Positions 1 to 9,050 of a DNA stretch of 64,000 nt are shown here, piece by piece. The stretch comes from a virus. A model generated the notes under the pieces. It did no database searches, was not told the DNA's origin, and saw only the letters and a program-made list of their open reading frames with translations. The stretch lies in the IMG/VR virus record IMGVR_UViG_3300017963_000239, positions 1 to 64,000 of that record. One strand, given 5' to 3'. Position numbers and translations under genes: made by a program. Numbering within the stretch: position 1 is the first letter of the stretch; the number at the start of each line of letters is the position of its first letter.

Positions 1-2
1 CG

Positions 3-2156
3 ATCGACAGCGGTGGGACGAACACCATCGACTACAACACGGGTGAGTACGACTTCACGACGGCTACCGCCTACCTCCCCCATGACGACGCCCCCATCCT
101 GACGTACTACGACTACTCGGCGTGGGACATGGACCCCGTGTCGAACGGCGTGTGGGCCAACAACGTCCAGATCGAGGTCCGCGGCAACGCCGACTACTTC
201 GACGCTGCGACGCAGTCCTACTCGCGGCACGACGTGTTCGTGCGGGAGTACAACAGCGCCTCTGGGTCCTACGACATCGTCGAGTCCTACGACTCGCTCG
301 ACTTCACCGACTCGTCGTCGACCGAGTACTTCCCGGATGTGGTCAACGAGCTGTCGGACCTCGTGTCCGTCGAGACCCCTGGTGGCGACGTCTACCCCGG
401 TTCCTTGGACGGCTTCCTGTCCACGGTGATCATGGGCGGAGGAGACGAGGACAACACGACGGGCAACTCGACGTTCGCTTCGGCGGCTGACCAGATCTTG
501 CCGACGTTCTTGGGCAACTACGAGGTTGGCGCGCGCTCCGTGAACATCACGGGCACGGCGGCAGGCACTTCGGCGTCGGGCACGATCGTATCTGTCGCTC
601 AGGCCAACTACGTGGATGGCGAGCAGTTCGTTCTCAACGACGGTGTGAACCCTCCGGTGACTTTCTGGATCGACCAGACCGGAACGTACACTCCGGGCGG
701 TGGCTACGACGCCACCAACATCCACGTGGATGTCTCGGGCGATACCTCTGCCACCGACACGGCAGACACCATCGTGGCGGCCATCAACGGCGTGTCCGCG
801 CTGCTCATCTACGCCGACAACACCGGAGGCACCTCGGCCACGGTCGACCTGATCCACCTGCAGCAGCTCGCCGCAGGCAATCAGACGATCACCGATACCG
901 TGGCGGACGTGGGATTCACCACCACCGGTATGGCTGGTGGCGCGGATGCAGCGGCCATCGCCATCTCCGACGATGGCAACGGCAACCTGACAGGCTCTGT
1001 CGACCCGACCTACGCCACGTCGGTAACGGTTGGCGGGGTGACGCTCGACCCGAACACCGTGGACTACGCTACGGGCTACGTGAACTTCAAGACCGTGTCG
1101 CCCATTCAGGGTGGGTCGGTTCTCACGGCGGCCTACTACGTCGAGCCGGAGGAGAGCACGCACATCGAGCAGTTCGGCGACACCACCAAGCAGTTCACCG
1201 ACTCGCTCGCAGTCGTGCACTACGCGGCGGGCACGGACGGCACCTTCACCGGGTCCACCTACACGCGAGGCGAGTTCACCAACCCGACGTTGCAGGCTTC
1301 CAAGCGAGGCGTGTACGCGTTCGACGAGGTGGACGAGCTGTTGCAGGTCGTCATCCCCGACTTCGCCGGGGACGTGACGGTGACCGGAGACCTTCTCGAC
1401 TACGCAGCTTCCCGAGCGAACCTGCCATCGGGTGGCGACCGGTTCATCATCCTGACGGTCCCGCTGGGCTCCGACCCGCAGGAAGCGGTGGACTGGTTCC
1501 GCTTCGACCTCGGGCGCTTCTCCAAGTGGGCGGCCCTTTACTGGCCGTGGATCAACGTGGCCGACCCCCTCGCCAACGGTCGCACGCTGACGATGCCCCC
1601 GATGGGTCACATCGCCGGCATCTACGCCCGGACCGACAACAACAAGAGCGTGGGCAAGGCACCGGCCGGAACGGTCGACGGTGCGCTCAACTGGCTCACG
1701 GGGCTGGAGTACGTCGCGACTCAGGGCGAGCGCGACTTCGTGTACCCCAACAAGATCAACCCGCTCATCTCGTCGCCGCAGACGGGGCTCGCTGTGTGGG
1801 GTGCTCGCACCATCGCGCAGGAGAGCGAGTGGCGGTACGTGCATGCCCGTCGCCTCTTCATGTTCATGGAGAAGTCGATCTACAACAGCACGGCCTGGAT
1901 TGTGTTCGAGAACAACGGCGAAGCGCTGTGGGCTCGAATCAAGGGCCAGATTGACGGCTTCATGAACGGGCTTTTCAACTCGGGCTTGTTCTTCGGGAAC
2001 AGCCCACAGGAAGCGTACTTCGTCATCGTGGACTCCTCGAACAACGACGCGTCTTCCATCGAGGCCGGACAGGTCATCATCGACGTTGGGGCCGCTCCGA
2101 ACCGCCCGGCAGAGTTCGTGCGGTTCAGGTTCCAGCAAGCCACGATCGCTGCCTGA
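3..2156 (+). CDS. contractile tail sheath protein (5'-partial)
   Basis: Frame open from window start; C-terminal sheath motifs YWPWI..PPMGHIAGIYARTD..KAPAG, INPL, WGART, WRYVHARRL, PAEFVRFRF. Confidence 0.93.
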   Translation: MDSGGTNTIDYNTGEYDFTTATAYLPHDDAPILTYYDYSAWDMDPVSNGVWANNVQIEVRGNADYFDAATQSYSRHDVFVREYNSASGSYDIVESYDSLDFTDSSSTEYFPDVVNELSDLVSVETPGGDVYPGSLDGFLSTVIMGGGDEDNTTGNSTFASAADQILPTFLGNYEVGARSVNITGTAAGTSASGTIVSVAQANYVDGEQFVLNDGVNPPVTFWIDQTGTYTPGGGYDATNIHVDVSGDTSATDTADTIVAAINGVSALLIYADNTGGTSATVDLIHLQQLAAGNQTITDTVADVGFTTTGMAGGADAAAIAISDDGNGNLTGSVDPTYATSVTVGGVTLDPNTVDYATGYVNFKTVSPIQGGSVLTAAYYVEPEESTHIEQFGDTTKQFTDSLAVVHYAAGTDGTFTGSTYTRGEFTNPTLQASKRGVYAFDEVDELLQVVIPDFAGDVTVTGDLLDYAASRANLPSGGDRFIILTVPLGSDPQEAVDWFRFDLGRFSKWAALYWPWINVADPLANGRTLTMPPMGHIAGIYARTDNNKSVGKAPAGTVDGALNWLTGLEYVATQGERDFVYPNKINPLISSPQTGLAVWGARTIAQESEWRYVHARRLFMFMEKSIYNSTAWIVFENNGEALWARIKGQIDGFMNGLFNSGLFFGNSPQEAYFVIVDSSNNDASSIEAGQVIIDVGAAPNRPAEFVRFRFQQATIAA

Positions 2157-2194
2157 TCGGAAGTTTTCAGCCAGCTACCCCTTAGGAGATAGTC

Positions 2195-2557
2195 ATGCAG
2201 GTCACATTCACGAATGCCAGTGCCGACGAGATCTTCGTCTCGGCGCTCTACGCTCAGTTGGCTGCCGGAGCTTCGGTGACGGCGAGTCGGACTCCCGCAC
2301 AGATGGACGACCAGGGTCTGAAGGCTCTGATCGAGGCGGGAACTCTCACGGTGTCCGTCGCCTTGGAGACCGGGGACACGGTTCAGATCCAGAACTTGGA
2401 TCCGGACGTGTACTGGTACGTGCCGGTGCACACCGATGCGAACCGGCCGCTTCCCACCGCGGTGACGCCGGGCACGGTCATCTGGAACTCGGACGACGGG
2501 TTCTCGAACTACAGCGACGGCACCGACTGGTACGACCCGACTGGCGCTACCACCTGA
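2195..2557 (+). CDS. hypothetical virion-associated protein
   Basis: AGGAG RBS, phage-typical codon usage, lies between sheath and tube. Confidence 0.6.
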   Translation: MQVTFTNASADEIFVSALYAQLAAGASVTASRTPAQMDDQGLKALIEAGTLTVSVALETGDTVQIQNLDPDVYWYVPVHTDANRPLPTAVTPGTVIWNSDDGFSNYSDGTDWYDPTGATT

Positions 2558-2650
2558 TCTTTGGTGGCTGGTTGAGCGCGGCCCCCGCTTCGATGGTGAG
2601 GTGGGGGCCGTGGCTGGACGTCGGCTAGGATAACGGACGAAGGAGACATC

Positions 2651-3262
2651 ATGGCAACGCTGGAGATCACCAACACCTCTTCGGACGAGGTCTACCTCGC
2701 AGACCTCTACACGAAGATCGCCGTAGGGGCGACCAAGACCATCGAGCGTTCTGCGACCGACTTGCCTCGCATGCGGTCGCTCCAAGAAGCGATGGCAGAC
2801 GGCAGGGTTTCCCTGTCGGTCACGTACAGCAACGACGAGGTGGCGTCTGGGCTTCATGCCCCGCCGTCGACCATCGAGGCTGTGGACATTGCGCCTGTGG
2901 CGGCGGCTACCCCAGCGGCTGGCCTCGCCACGATCTACGTCCCCCTTCCTGTGGGGGCCGGGGGTGCGCCGGACGACGTGGAGATCTACCCCGCCGGCTC
3001 GCTCCCCTTCAAGTTCCGCGTCGTGGATTTCGTCTTGTACGTCTCCACGGCCGTAGTGGGCTCTTCGGTGGAGATCAGGGACGAGGCTGCTGGCGCCGGA
3101 GCCCAGCTCGCGTCTGCGAGTGCTGCGGCGGCAGGCCGGATCCCCAACGCCGAAAATCAGACGGCTGTTGCCACACCGGCGGCTGCGAAGGGCCTATTCG
3201 CACGTCGATCTGACTCAGGGATCGAGGGAGAGGTCGTTCTTTTCGTCCGTCCTGAGCTGTAG
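2651..3262 (+). CDS. hypothetical virion-associated protein, N-terminus similar to 2195-2557
   Basis: AGGAG RBS; TNTSSDEVYLADLY resembles TNASADEIFVSALY. Confidence 0.6.
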   Translation: MATLEITNTSSDEVYLADLYTKIAVGATKTIERSATDLPRMRSLQEAMADGRVSLSVTYSNDEVASGLHAPPSTIEAVDIAPVAAATPAAGLATIYVPLPVGAGGAPDDVEIYPAGSLPFKFRVVDFVLYVSTAVVGSSVEIRDEAAGAGAQLASASAAAAGRIPNAENQTAVATPAAAKGLFARRSDSGIEGEVVLFVRPEL

Positions 3263-3303
3263 TACGCTACCGGTGAGGTAACAGCCCGAAGGAGAGTTTT
3301 CCA

Positions 3304-3867
3304 ATGGCCCGTCCCGCAAGCACTGACTTCATGCACGCGATGCGCTTCCACGTCGTGGTTCTCGGCACGAACGCCGAGGAGTACCTGACGGGCGGAGCCG
3401 CTTACGCTGACCCGAACATGGCGATCCCGCAAGCGGGCTTCACCACGTGTTCGATCCCCGAGCTGTCGATCGAGTCGGTGGAGTACAAGGAAGGCACCTT
3501 CATCTACCCCCGTAAGTACCCCGGCAACCCGGCGGTGAGCGACTGCTCCTTCGCGCGAGGCGTGACTCGGGACGACAGCTCGTTCTGGCAGTGGGCGAAG
3601 AACTCCGTGGAGGGTTCGGGTGGCGGTGTCGAGTATCGCTTGGACATGGACATCAAGCACTACCACCGCGACCAGATCCTCCCGAACGCGCAGGGCCAGA
3701 TCGCCAACGTCGAGAATGTCGTTCCCGGACGGACCTACCGCATCTACGAGTGCTTCCCCATCCGGTGCAAGCCGGCCGGAGACCTCGATGCGACTTCGTC
3801 CGAGATCTCCATCCAGGAGATGGACGTCGCCGTCGAGCGCATCGACGCCACGAACGGCAACTTCTAG
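3304..3867 (+). CDS. tail tube protein (T4 gp19-like)
   Basis: AGFTTCSIPE..VEYKEG..KYPG..RGV..FWQW..DLDATSSEISIQEM pattern; follows sheath. Confidence 0.85.
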   Translation: MARPASTDFMHAMRFHVVVLGTNAEEYLTGGAAYADPNMAIPQAGFTTCSIPELSIESVEYKEGTFIYPRKYPGNPAVSDCSFARGVTRDDSSFWQWAKNSVEGSGGGVEYRLDMDIKHYHRDQILPNAQGQIANVENVVPGRTYRIYECFPIRCKPAGDLDATSSEISIQEMDVAVERIDATNGNF

Positions 3868-3872
3868 GCGGC

Positions 3873-4121
3873 GTGAAGCTGCCCATCATCGAGCCGTTGC
3901 AAGGGCCAGTCAACGGCTCGAATCTCCTCTTCCGCACTAGCGTCGACTACGTGCCCGGCTCCACCCGCGTGTTTCTCAACGGGGTGGTCTGGACACAGCA
4001 CCTGGAGAACGGCTGGGACGAGCTGGGAGGCCGGACCCTCCGGATGAAAGAGGCTCCCCGAGCGGAGCCTCCCCCCAGCAACCCGGACGTGCTCTCGGTC
4101 TACTACCTTCCTTTGGTCTGA
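3873..4121 (+). CDS. small hypothetical structural protein
   Basis: GTG start right after tube stop; GPVNGSNLLF..YVPGSTRVFLNG beta-rich sequence. Confidence 0.5.
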   Translation: MKLPIIEPLQGPVNGSNLLFRTSVDYVPGSTRVFLNGVVWTQHLENGWDELGGRTLRMKEAPRAEPPPSNPDVLSVYYLPLV

Positions 4122-4883
4122 TGGCGGCGTTCGACCCCCACCCGGACACCTACCTCCCTCGTAATCCGTGGGAGACCGGGACCGTCTGGTACACGAATGT
4201 GACCCCCCAGACGCTCTCCCTAGACTGTTGGGCTACGGGTTCGAACTACCCTCCCCCGCGGCCGAGCCCGCAGGAGCCCCAGGAGAGCCCCCGAGCTGCC
4301 GAGCTGCGGAGACATAGGGCGGCGTCAAGACGGGCCGTTCTGGAGGCCCTGGCGGCCCGCAGAGGGCTTCGTGACGATCCCTCCCCTCTGGTGCCCCTTC
4401 CGGCGAGGAAGGGCTTCAGCGGGCGCCCAGCGGCCCGCAAACGGGTCTGCGCCGGCTCCAGCCGCTACCGCGTTCTGGTCAACTGAGCTGTTGACAGATC
4501 GGTCGTGGATGAAGACCCTGGACGGTCTGATCCATGAACCTCCGTGTCCTATCCACCACGCCGCCGTTCGGCACCCCGCGCATGGGCTTCAGGCTGTGCT
4601 GGGAGGGGTGCCCCTGCCAGGAGACGGGGCAGTGGATGTGGCCCTCCGAGGTCTGCGGCGACTCGCTTCACCCCGACGTCGCGTCCTTCATCGCCGTCCA
4701 CGTCATCGAGCGATGGGCAAAAATGGGAGTGCGGTTTGTAGACCTATCCCTTCGGAAGCCCAAGCCTTCTCTCCACGGCGCCCCCCTGCTCGAAAGATTC
4801 GTGGTTGCACGAGCCCTCACTCATGCGATACGTAGGGGTGAGAGGTACGACCGACACGAGGTTGAGGCGTCAGAGATTTTCGC

Positions 4884-4911
4884 TTGACACTTTTTCCCTA
4901 TGTGATAAGGT
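4884..4911 (+). promoter_or_regulatory. sigma70-type promoter at start of tRNA island
   Basis: TTGACA-16 nt-TAAGGT with TG extension. Confidence 0.6.
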
Positions 4912-5142
4912 CGTGATCTAGCCATGACGTTCGTACACAGGCATACCACAGCAGCTCGCGCGGCGCGGAAAGCGTCGGCGCTGTGGTGTGCTCTGTTTTC
5001 AGGCATGGGCTATCGCGGACAAGGCACGCCAGAAGCTATCCAGCTCCAGCCGACCTCCCTCGATAGCACCCTGAATGCCATCGTGAAGCCCTTGGAGGTC
5101 GGCGACACAGGCGGTTAGTAGGAACGGGAACTCCAACGATCC

Positions 5143-5185
5143 GAAAGCCGCCGAGGGAACCCCCCGAGGCGGTTTTCGCGTTTCA
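5143..5185 (+). terminator. terminator/attenuator-like hairpin in leader
   Basis: GAAAGCCGCC...GGCGGTTTTC followed by GCGTTTC. Confidence 0.4.
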
Positions 5186-5202
5186 GGGTTTGGATTTCAG
5201 AC

Positions 5203-5769
5203 ATGGGCCGAAAGAAGAAACCGAACGCAACACGAAGGTCGAAGGAGTACGCGCGCCAACGATGGCAAGCGAGGAAGGAGCTGGCACTGGAGAGACTTGA
5301 AGGGAAGTGCGCTGGTTGTGGGTCGTCGGAGGACTTGCAGTTCGACCACATCGACCCGTCAACGAAGGAGCACAAGATCTCCAGCATCTACACCTACTCG
5401 ATGGAGAGGTTCCTAGCTGAAGTCGACAAGTGCCAACTGCTATGCCGCGAGTGCCACGAGAAGAAGTCGATCAAAGACGCGGGGAAGGAGTCATCCAAAG
5501 GTCTACACGGTTCACGTTCAGCCGCTCGGCACTGCGGGCCTCCGATGTGCGATGCGTGCAGAGAGGCTTCTCGGAAGTACCAGAAGATCAAGTGGATGAG
5601 ACGATTGCAGCGAGAGGGTTTGGTGGAGGTCACGCCGGCCGGTGAGGCTTTCATGGAAGGAGACAGAGACATGTGTGACGGAAGGAAGGGCAGGAAGGGC
5701 TATCCCGCAGCGCACGCGCGCACCCGAACCCATCTACGGGGGTGCTGGCACGCTGGAGAGTCCACCTGA
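5203..5769 (+). CDS. HNH homing-type endonuclease
   Basis: CAGC..LQFDHIDP..KCQLLCRECH; 3' end overlaps tRNA-Tyr. Confidence 0.85.
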   Translation: MGRKKKPNATRRSKEYARQRWQARKELALERLEGKCAGCGSSEDLQFDHIDPSTKEHKISSIYTYSMERFLAEVDKCQLLCRECHEKKSIKDAGKESSKGLHGSRSAARHCGPPMCDACREASRKYQKIKWMRRLQREGLVEVTPAGEAFMEGDRDMCDGRKGRKGYPAAHARTRTHLRGCWHAGEST

Positions 5770-5822
5770 TTGTAAATCAGACGCCTTAGGCTATGGCGGT
5801 TCGAGTCCGTCCACCCCCACCA
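5738..5822 (+). tRNA. tRNA-Tyr(GTA)
   Basis: GGGGGTG/CACCCCC acceptor, loop TTGTAAA, long variable arm, CCA. Confidence 0.88.
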
Positions 5823-6005
5823 TGAAGATCAGCGAGAAAGCGAAGTGGATCGGCGAGTTCTGGAGCAAGCTCGGGTTCAAGACGACGGTGCTGCTCGACA
5901 AGGAAGGCGAACCGATCCTGACACACGCATGGTGGCCAGAACTGATCGTGACGAGGTTGGACATGAGCAAGAAGGGAGAGAAGAAACGCACGGCCCCGTG
6001 AACGC

Positions 6006-6083
6006 GGGTCCGTAGCTCAATCAGGTAGCAGCAGCGGCCTTTTAAGCCGAGGGTTGCGGGTTCGATTCCCGCCGGACCCACCA
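6006..6083 (+). tRNA. tRNA-Lys(TTT)
   Basis: Cloverleaf, loop CTTTTAA, CCA. Confidence 0.92.
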
Positions 6084-6122
6084 GGATGGATGGTTAAGGA
6101 TAGCGTGTTACACTTAACCATC

Positions 6123-6536
6123 ATGCCTACAGTTTCTAAGAAGGACGATTACAACGAGTACATGCGGCAGTACATGGCCGAAAGGTATGAACGCCGTAGG
6201 AAAAGTATCGTGGAGCAACTAGGAGGTGTGTGTGCCAGGTGTGGATCAAAAGATCAGTTAGAGATCGATCACATTGATCCGCCGGGTAAGAAGTTGAACA
6301 TCAGTCGGCGCCTAGCCGGAGTATCGGAAAAGGCGCTCCAGCGAGAGCTGACAAAATGCCAACTGCTTTGTCGGCGATGTCACGAGTTGAAGACCATTTT
6401 GGAACGAGGGCACACACCAGCAAAAGGGACACACGGAACGCTGTCAGCGTATCGGTGGTGCGGCCCTCCGAAGTGCGACGAGTGTAAGAGAGCGAAAAGG
6501 GAATACGTGCGGAGAAGAAGAAGTGAGGATCCGTGA
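6123..6536 (+). CDS. HNH homing-type endonuclease
   Basis: CARC..LEIDHIDP..KCQLLCRRCH, C-terminal HGT..C..CxxC; stop inside tRNA-Lys(CTT) 5' end. Confidence 0.85.
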   Translation: MPTVSKKDDYNEYMRQYMAERYERRRKSIVEQLGGVCARCGSKDQLEIDHIDPPGKKLNISRRLAGVSEKALQRELTKCQLLCRRCHELKTILERGHTPAKGTHGTLSAYRWCGPPKCDECKRAKREYVRRRRSEDP

Positions 6537-6601
6537 TGTAACGGTCAGCATGTCCGGCTCTTACCCGGTTCGTGAAGGTTCGAATCCTTTCGGGTCCACC
6601 A
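6527..6601 (+). tRNA. tRNA-Lys(CTT)
   Basis: GGATCCG/CGGGTCC, loop CTCTTAC, CCA. Confidence 0.85.
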
Positions 6602-6616
6602 AGACAAAGATCGCAT

Positions 6617-6687
6617 TGGGATGTAGTTCAACGGCAGAACGGGTGGCTCTGGACCATCAAATCGGGGTTCGAATCCCTGCATCCCAG
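6617..6687 (+). tRNA. tRNA-Gln(CTG)
   Basis: TGGGATG/CATCCCA, loop CTCTGGA. Confidence 0.9.
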
Positions 6688-6752
6688 CCGGCTTCAAAGG
6701 GAAGCCTTGATCTCTGACAACACGACCTAGCTTGTACATGGTACGGTGAGGT

Positions 6753-7148
6753 ATGCAGCCCTCGCGGGAGCCTGCCTACATCTCCAAGTACAACAGAGCC
6801 CTTTTCGCCAAGCGGAGAGCAATCCTTCGTGCCCATCTAGGTGGGCGGTGCGCTGTCTGCGGAAGCGTTGATGATCTCCAGTTCGACCACATCGACCCGT
6901 CTACCAAACGGTTCAAAGTGGCTTCGGGTTTGGGGAGGTCGATGAAGGCGCTCTTGGAGGAAGCGGCAAAGTGCCAACTGCGCTGCGTCGCGTGTCACCG
7001 CGAGAAGACTTCTCGGGAGCGCGCGGCGAAGGCAAGAGCCAACATGAAACATGGGAAGCTCAGCACGTACTACCGACACAAGTGCCGGTGCGCTGCCTGC
7101 AAGAAAGCCCGATCCGATTACTACTTCGAGGTTCAGAAGGGCTCATAG
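6753..7148 (+). CDS. HNH homing-type endonuclease
   Basis: CAVC..LQFDHIDP..KCQLRCVACH, HGK..CRCAAC. Confidence 0.85.
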   Translation: MQPSREPAYISKYNRALFAKRRAILRAHLGGRCAVCGSVDDLQFDHIDPSTKRFKVASGLGRSMKALLEEAAKCQLRCVACHREKTSRERAAKARANMKHGKLSTYYRHKCRCAACKKARSDYYFEVQKGS

Positions 7149-7329
7149 GTTGGCCGACAGGACTTTGGGTCGAACCCCCACCGGCGGCATCGCTGTCGGA
7201 AAAGCACCTCGCGTCACGCCCCTACAGGCGTGGCTGGGAAACGGGCGCGAGGGCGCAGGTGGTTCCACCCTCTCCTGATGTAGACGTAAGGGGGACGGCG
7301 GCAGTTCGTCTGCCGCCTCCCCCGATTTT

Positions 7330-7405
7330 GGCAGGGTAGCTCAATTGGCTGAGCACATGGCCGTTAACCATGCCGATGCGGGTTCGAGTCCCGCCCCTGT
7401 CGCCA
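7330..7405 (+). tRNA. tRNA-Asn(GTT)
   Basis: Cloverleaf, loop CCGTTAA (C33), CCA. Confidence 0.88.
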
Positions 7406-7572
7406 GCAGCGTCCAACCGATCCGAGCACACACGCTTTCAGACTTCCAATCTGAGAATACGGGTTCGAATCCCGTGCCCTCCTCCATCGCCTTCGGGCGA
7501 GTAGTCAACGGGGGGCTCGTCTAACGGCTAGGACATCACAGCAAACACCTGCTCTGTTCCCTCGGACGCTGC
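7406..7572 (+). ncRNA. circularly permuted tRNA-Gly(TCC)-like RNA with CCAAC/CTCGG closing stem
   Basis: Order: anticodon arm, T arm, GCCCTCC-T-CCA, hairpin, GGGGGGC, D arm; closed by GCAGCGTCC/GGACGCTGC. Confidence 0.8.
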
Positions 7573-7579
7573 AAAGTCT

Positions 7580-7933
7580 TTACGGTCTGCGAGGGATCGT
7601 CATGCCGCTGTGGGTGCGGATGCCCAGCATCTCCTTCAAGATGCCGAGGGCCTTCTCATCATCGAACTGCTTGCACGAGAACACGTCCATCATGAACGTG
7701 CGTCGCAGCGGCCAGCAGTGGATGGAGATGTGCGAGGTGGAGATCATGGCGTAGGCCGAGATGCCGCCTTCGTCCAAGAACCCCTGGCTGTTCAATTTGC
7801 TCTTGTCGACGGGGATGCGCTTGAAGCGCGGACCGTCGATGACCTCCATGTCGAGCGCTCGCGCCAACGAGCTGAACAGCTCTCGTAGGTGGTGCTCGGT
7901 GAACACGATCTCATCGCGCACTGTCCCATCCAC
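7580..7933 (-). CDS. speD: S-adenosylmethionine decarboxylase proenzyme-like
   Basis: GGISAYAMISTSHISIHCWP..DVFSCKQF; GLHLVVD motif extends upstream of called start. Confidence 0.75.
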   Translation of the reverse strand: MDGTVRDEIVFTEHHLRELFSSLARALDMEVIDGPRFKRIPVDKSKLNSQGFLDEGGISAYAMISTSHISIHCWPLRRTFMMDVFSCKQFDDEKALGILKEMLGIRTHSGMTIPRRP

Positions 7934-8061
7934 GACGAGGTGCAGTCCGTCGATGACGTTGGCCGTGGCTCGGGATGGTCCGGCACCAGGATCTCCCAGT
8001 CAAGGTCGTTTTTCTCCCCCCAAAGGTGTCAGACGTTCGGGGGTCCGCACGTCGTGGGAGC

Positions 8062-8484
8062 ATGAAGATCACGAAAGACTCACATGTCGACCACAACCTC
8101 ACCACGGAGCATCTGGAGTTCATCAAGGAGCGCTTCGGACACATCGAAGAGTTCTTCATCGAGACCGTGGAGGTGCCTCTGCATCTTCCTCCGCTTCCTT
8201 GTGGGCTCTTCGGCCCGTTCATGGGCGATGAACCCGTGGAGGAGAGCGAGGTCTCCTACGTGCGCCGGGGCGACCGGCCGGGAGATTCCCGCGTCGTACA
8301 GCGCGCCCAACGGATGGTCCGGAAGATGACCGTCATCGGCGGCCCTCATGAGGGAGCCATCATCATGTTCACGGCCTACGGTGGGCCGTGCGCTCCACGC
8401 GAGCCGTGGGACGAGTCCCTGTCTCCGGAGGAGCGAGAAGAGAGCGTGGCTTTTTGGAAGGATCACGCGCTCGCCGCAGAGTAG
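8062..8484 (+). CDS. hypothetical protein
   Basis: GGAG RBS, typical codon usage. Confidence 0.6.
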   Translation: MKITKDSHVDHNLTTEHLEFIKERFGHIEEFFIETVEVPLHLPPLPCGLFGPFMGDEPVEESEVSYVRRGDRPGDSRVVQRAQRMVRKMTVIGGPHEGAIIMFTAYGGPCAPREPWDESLSPEEREESVAFWKDHALAAE

Positions 8485-8560
8485 GCCACCTTGGCTCAGT
8501 TGGTAGAGCAGCTGTTTCGTAAACAGCAGGTCTCCGGTTCAAGTCCGGAAGGTGGCTCCA
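8485..8560 (+). tRNA. tRNA-Thr(CGT)
   Basis: Cloverleaf, loop TTCGTAA, CCA. Confidence 0.92.
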
Positions 8561-8611
8561 TGTGGTGCGCAAGCACCGGCCTGGGAGTCGCTTTGGCTTC
8601 TCCCTCGTCTT

Positions 8612-8687
8612 GCCCCCATCGTCTAGTGGACCAGGACACCGCCCTTTCACGGCGGGAACAGGAGTTCGATTCTCCTTGGGGGTGCCA
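8612..8687 (+). tRNA. tRNA-Glu(TTC)
   Basis: Cloverleaf, loop CTTTCAC, CCA. Confidence 0.92.
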
Positions 8688-8730
8688 GGGGTTGGTCGGC
8701 GGTTAACTAGCCGGCCCGCTCCGTAGGTTT

Positions 8731-8803
8731 GCTTCGGTAGCTCAGATGGCAGAGCGGTGGAGTGAAGATCCACGCGTCGCTGGTTCGATTCCGGCCCGGA
8801 GCA
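8731..8803 (+). tRNA. tRNA-Phe(GAA)
   Basis: Cloverleaf, loop GTGAAGA. Confidence 0.9.
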
Positions 8804-8810
8804 CTATTTA

Positions 8811-8839
8811 TTGACAATCACTTAGCCACTTGATAGTGT
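8811..8839 (+). promoter_or_regulatory. TTGACAATC-type promoter
   Basis: TTGACA-17 nt-TAGTGT with TG extension. Confidence 0.6.
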
Positions 8840-8841
8840 CA

Positions 8842-8918
8842 CGGGACATAGCACAGTCTGGCAGTGCGCGAGCTTTGGGTGCTCGAAGTCGGCGGTTCGA
8901 ATCCGCCTGTCCCGACCA
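8842..8918 (+). tRNA. tRNA-Pro(TGG)
   Basis: Cloverleaf, loop TTTGGGT, CCA. Confidence 0.92.
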
Positions 8919-8968
8919 GCGGCGCACTCGGCTCAATGGAGAGCCATCGGCGTCAGAGGAGAATAGAG

Positions 8969-9049
8969 ATGGAAGCTGAAGCACTGGGACCCGCGGAGAG
9001 GATCATCGACACGGTCCTCACGTACAACGGGAAGAGCGAGGAGAGCTGA
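8969..9049 (+). pseudogene. duplicated, recoded N-terminus of the downstream vWA gene
   Basis: MEAEALGPAERIIDTVLTY then stop vs MDAETLGPAERIINTVLTY at 9051. Confidence 0.85.
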
Positions 9050-9050
9050 T

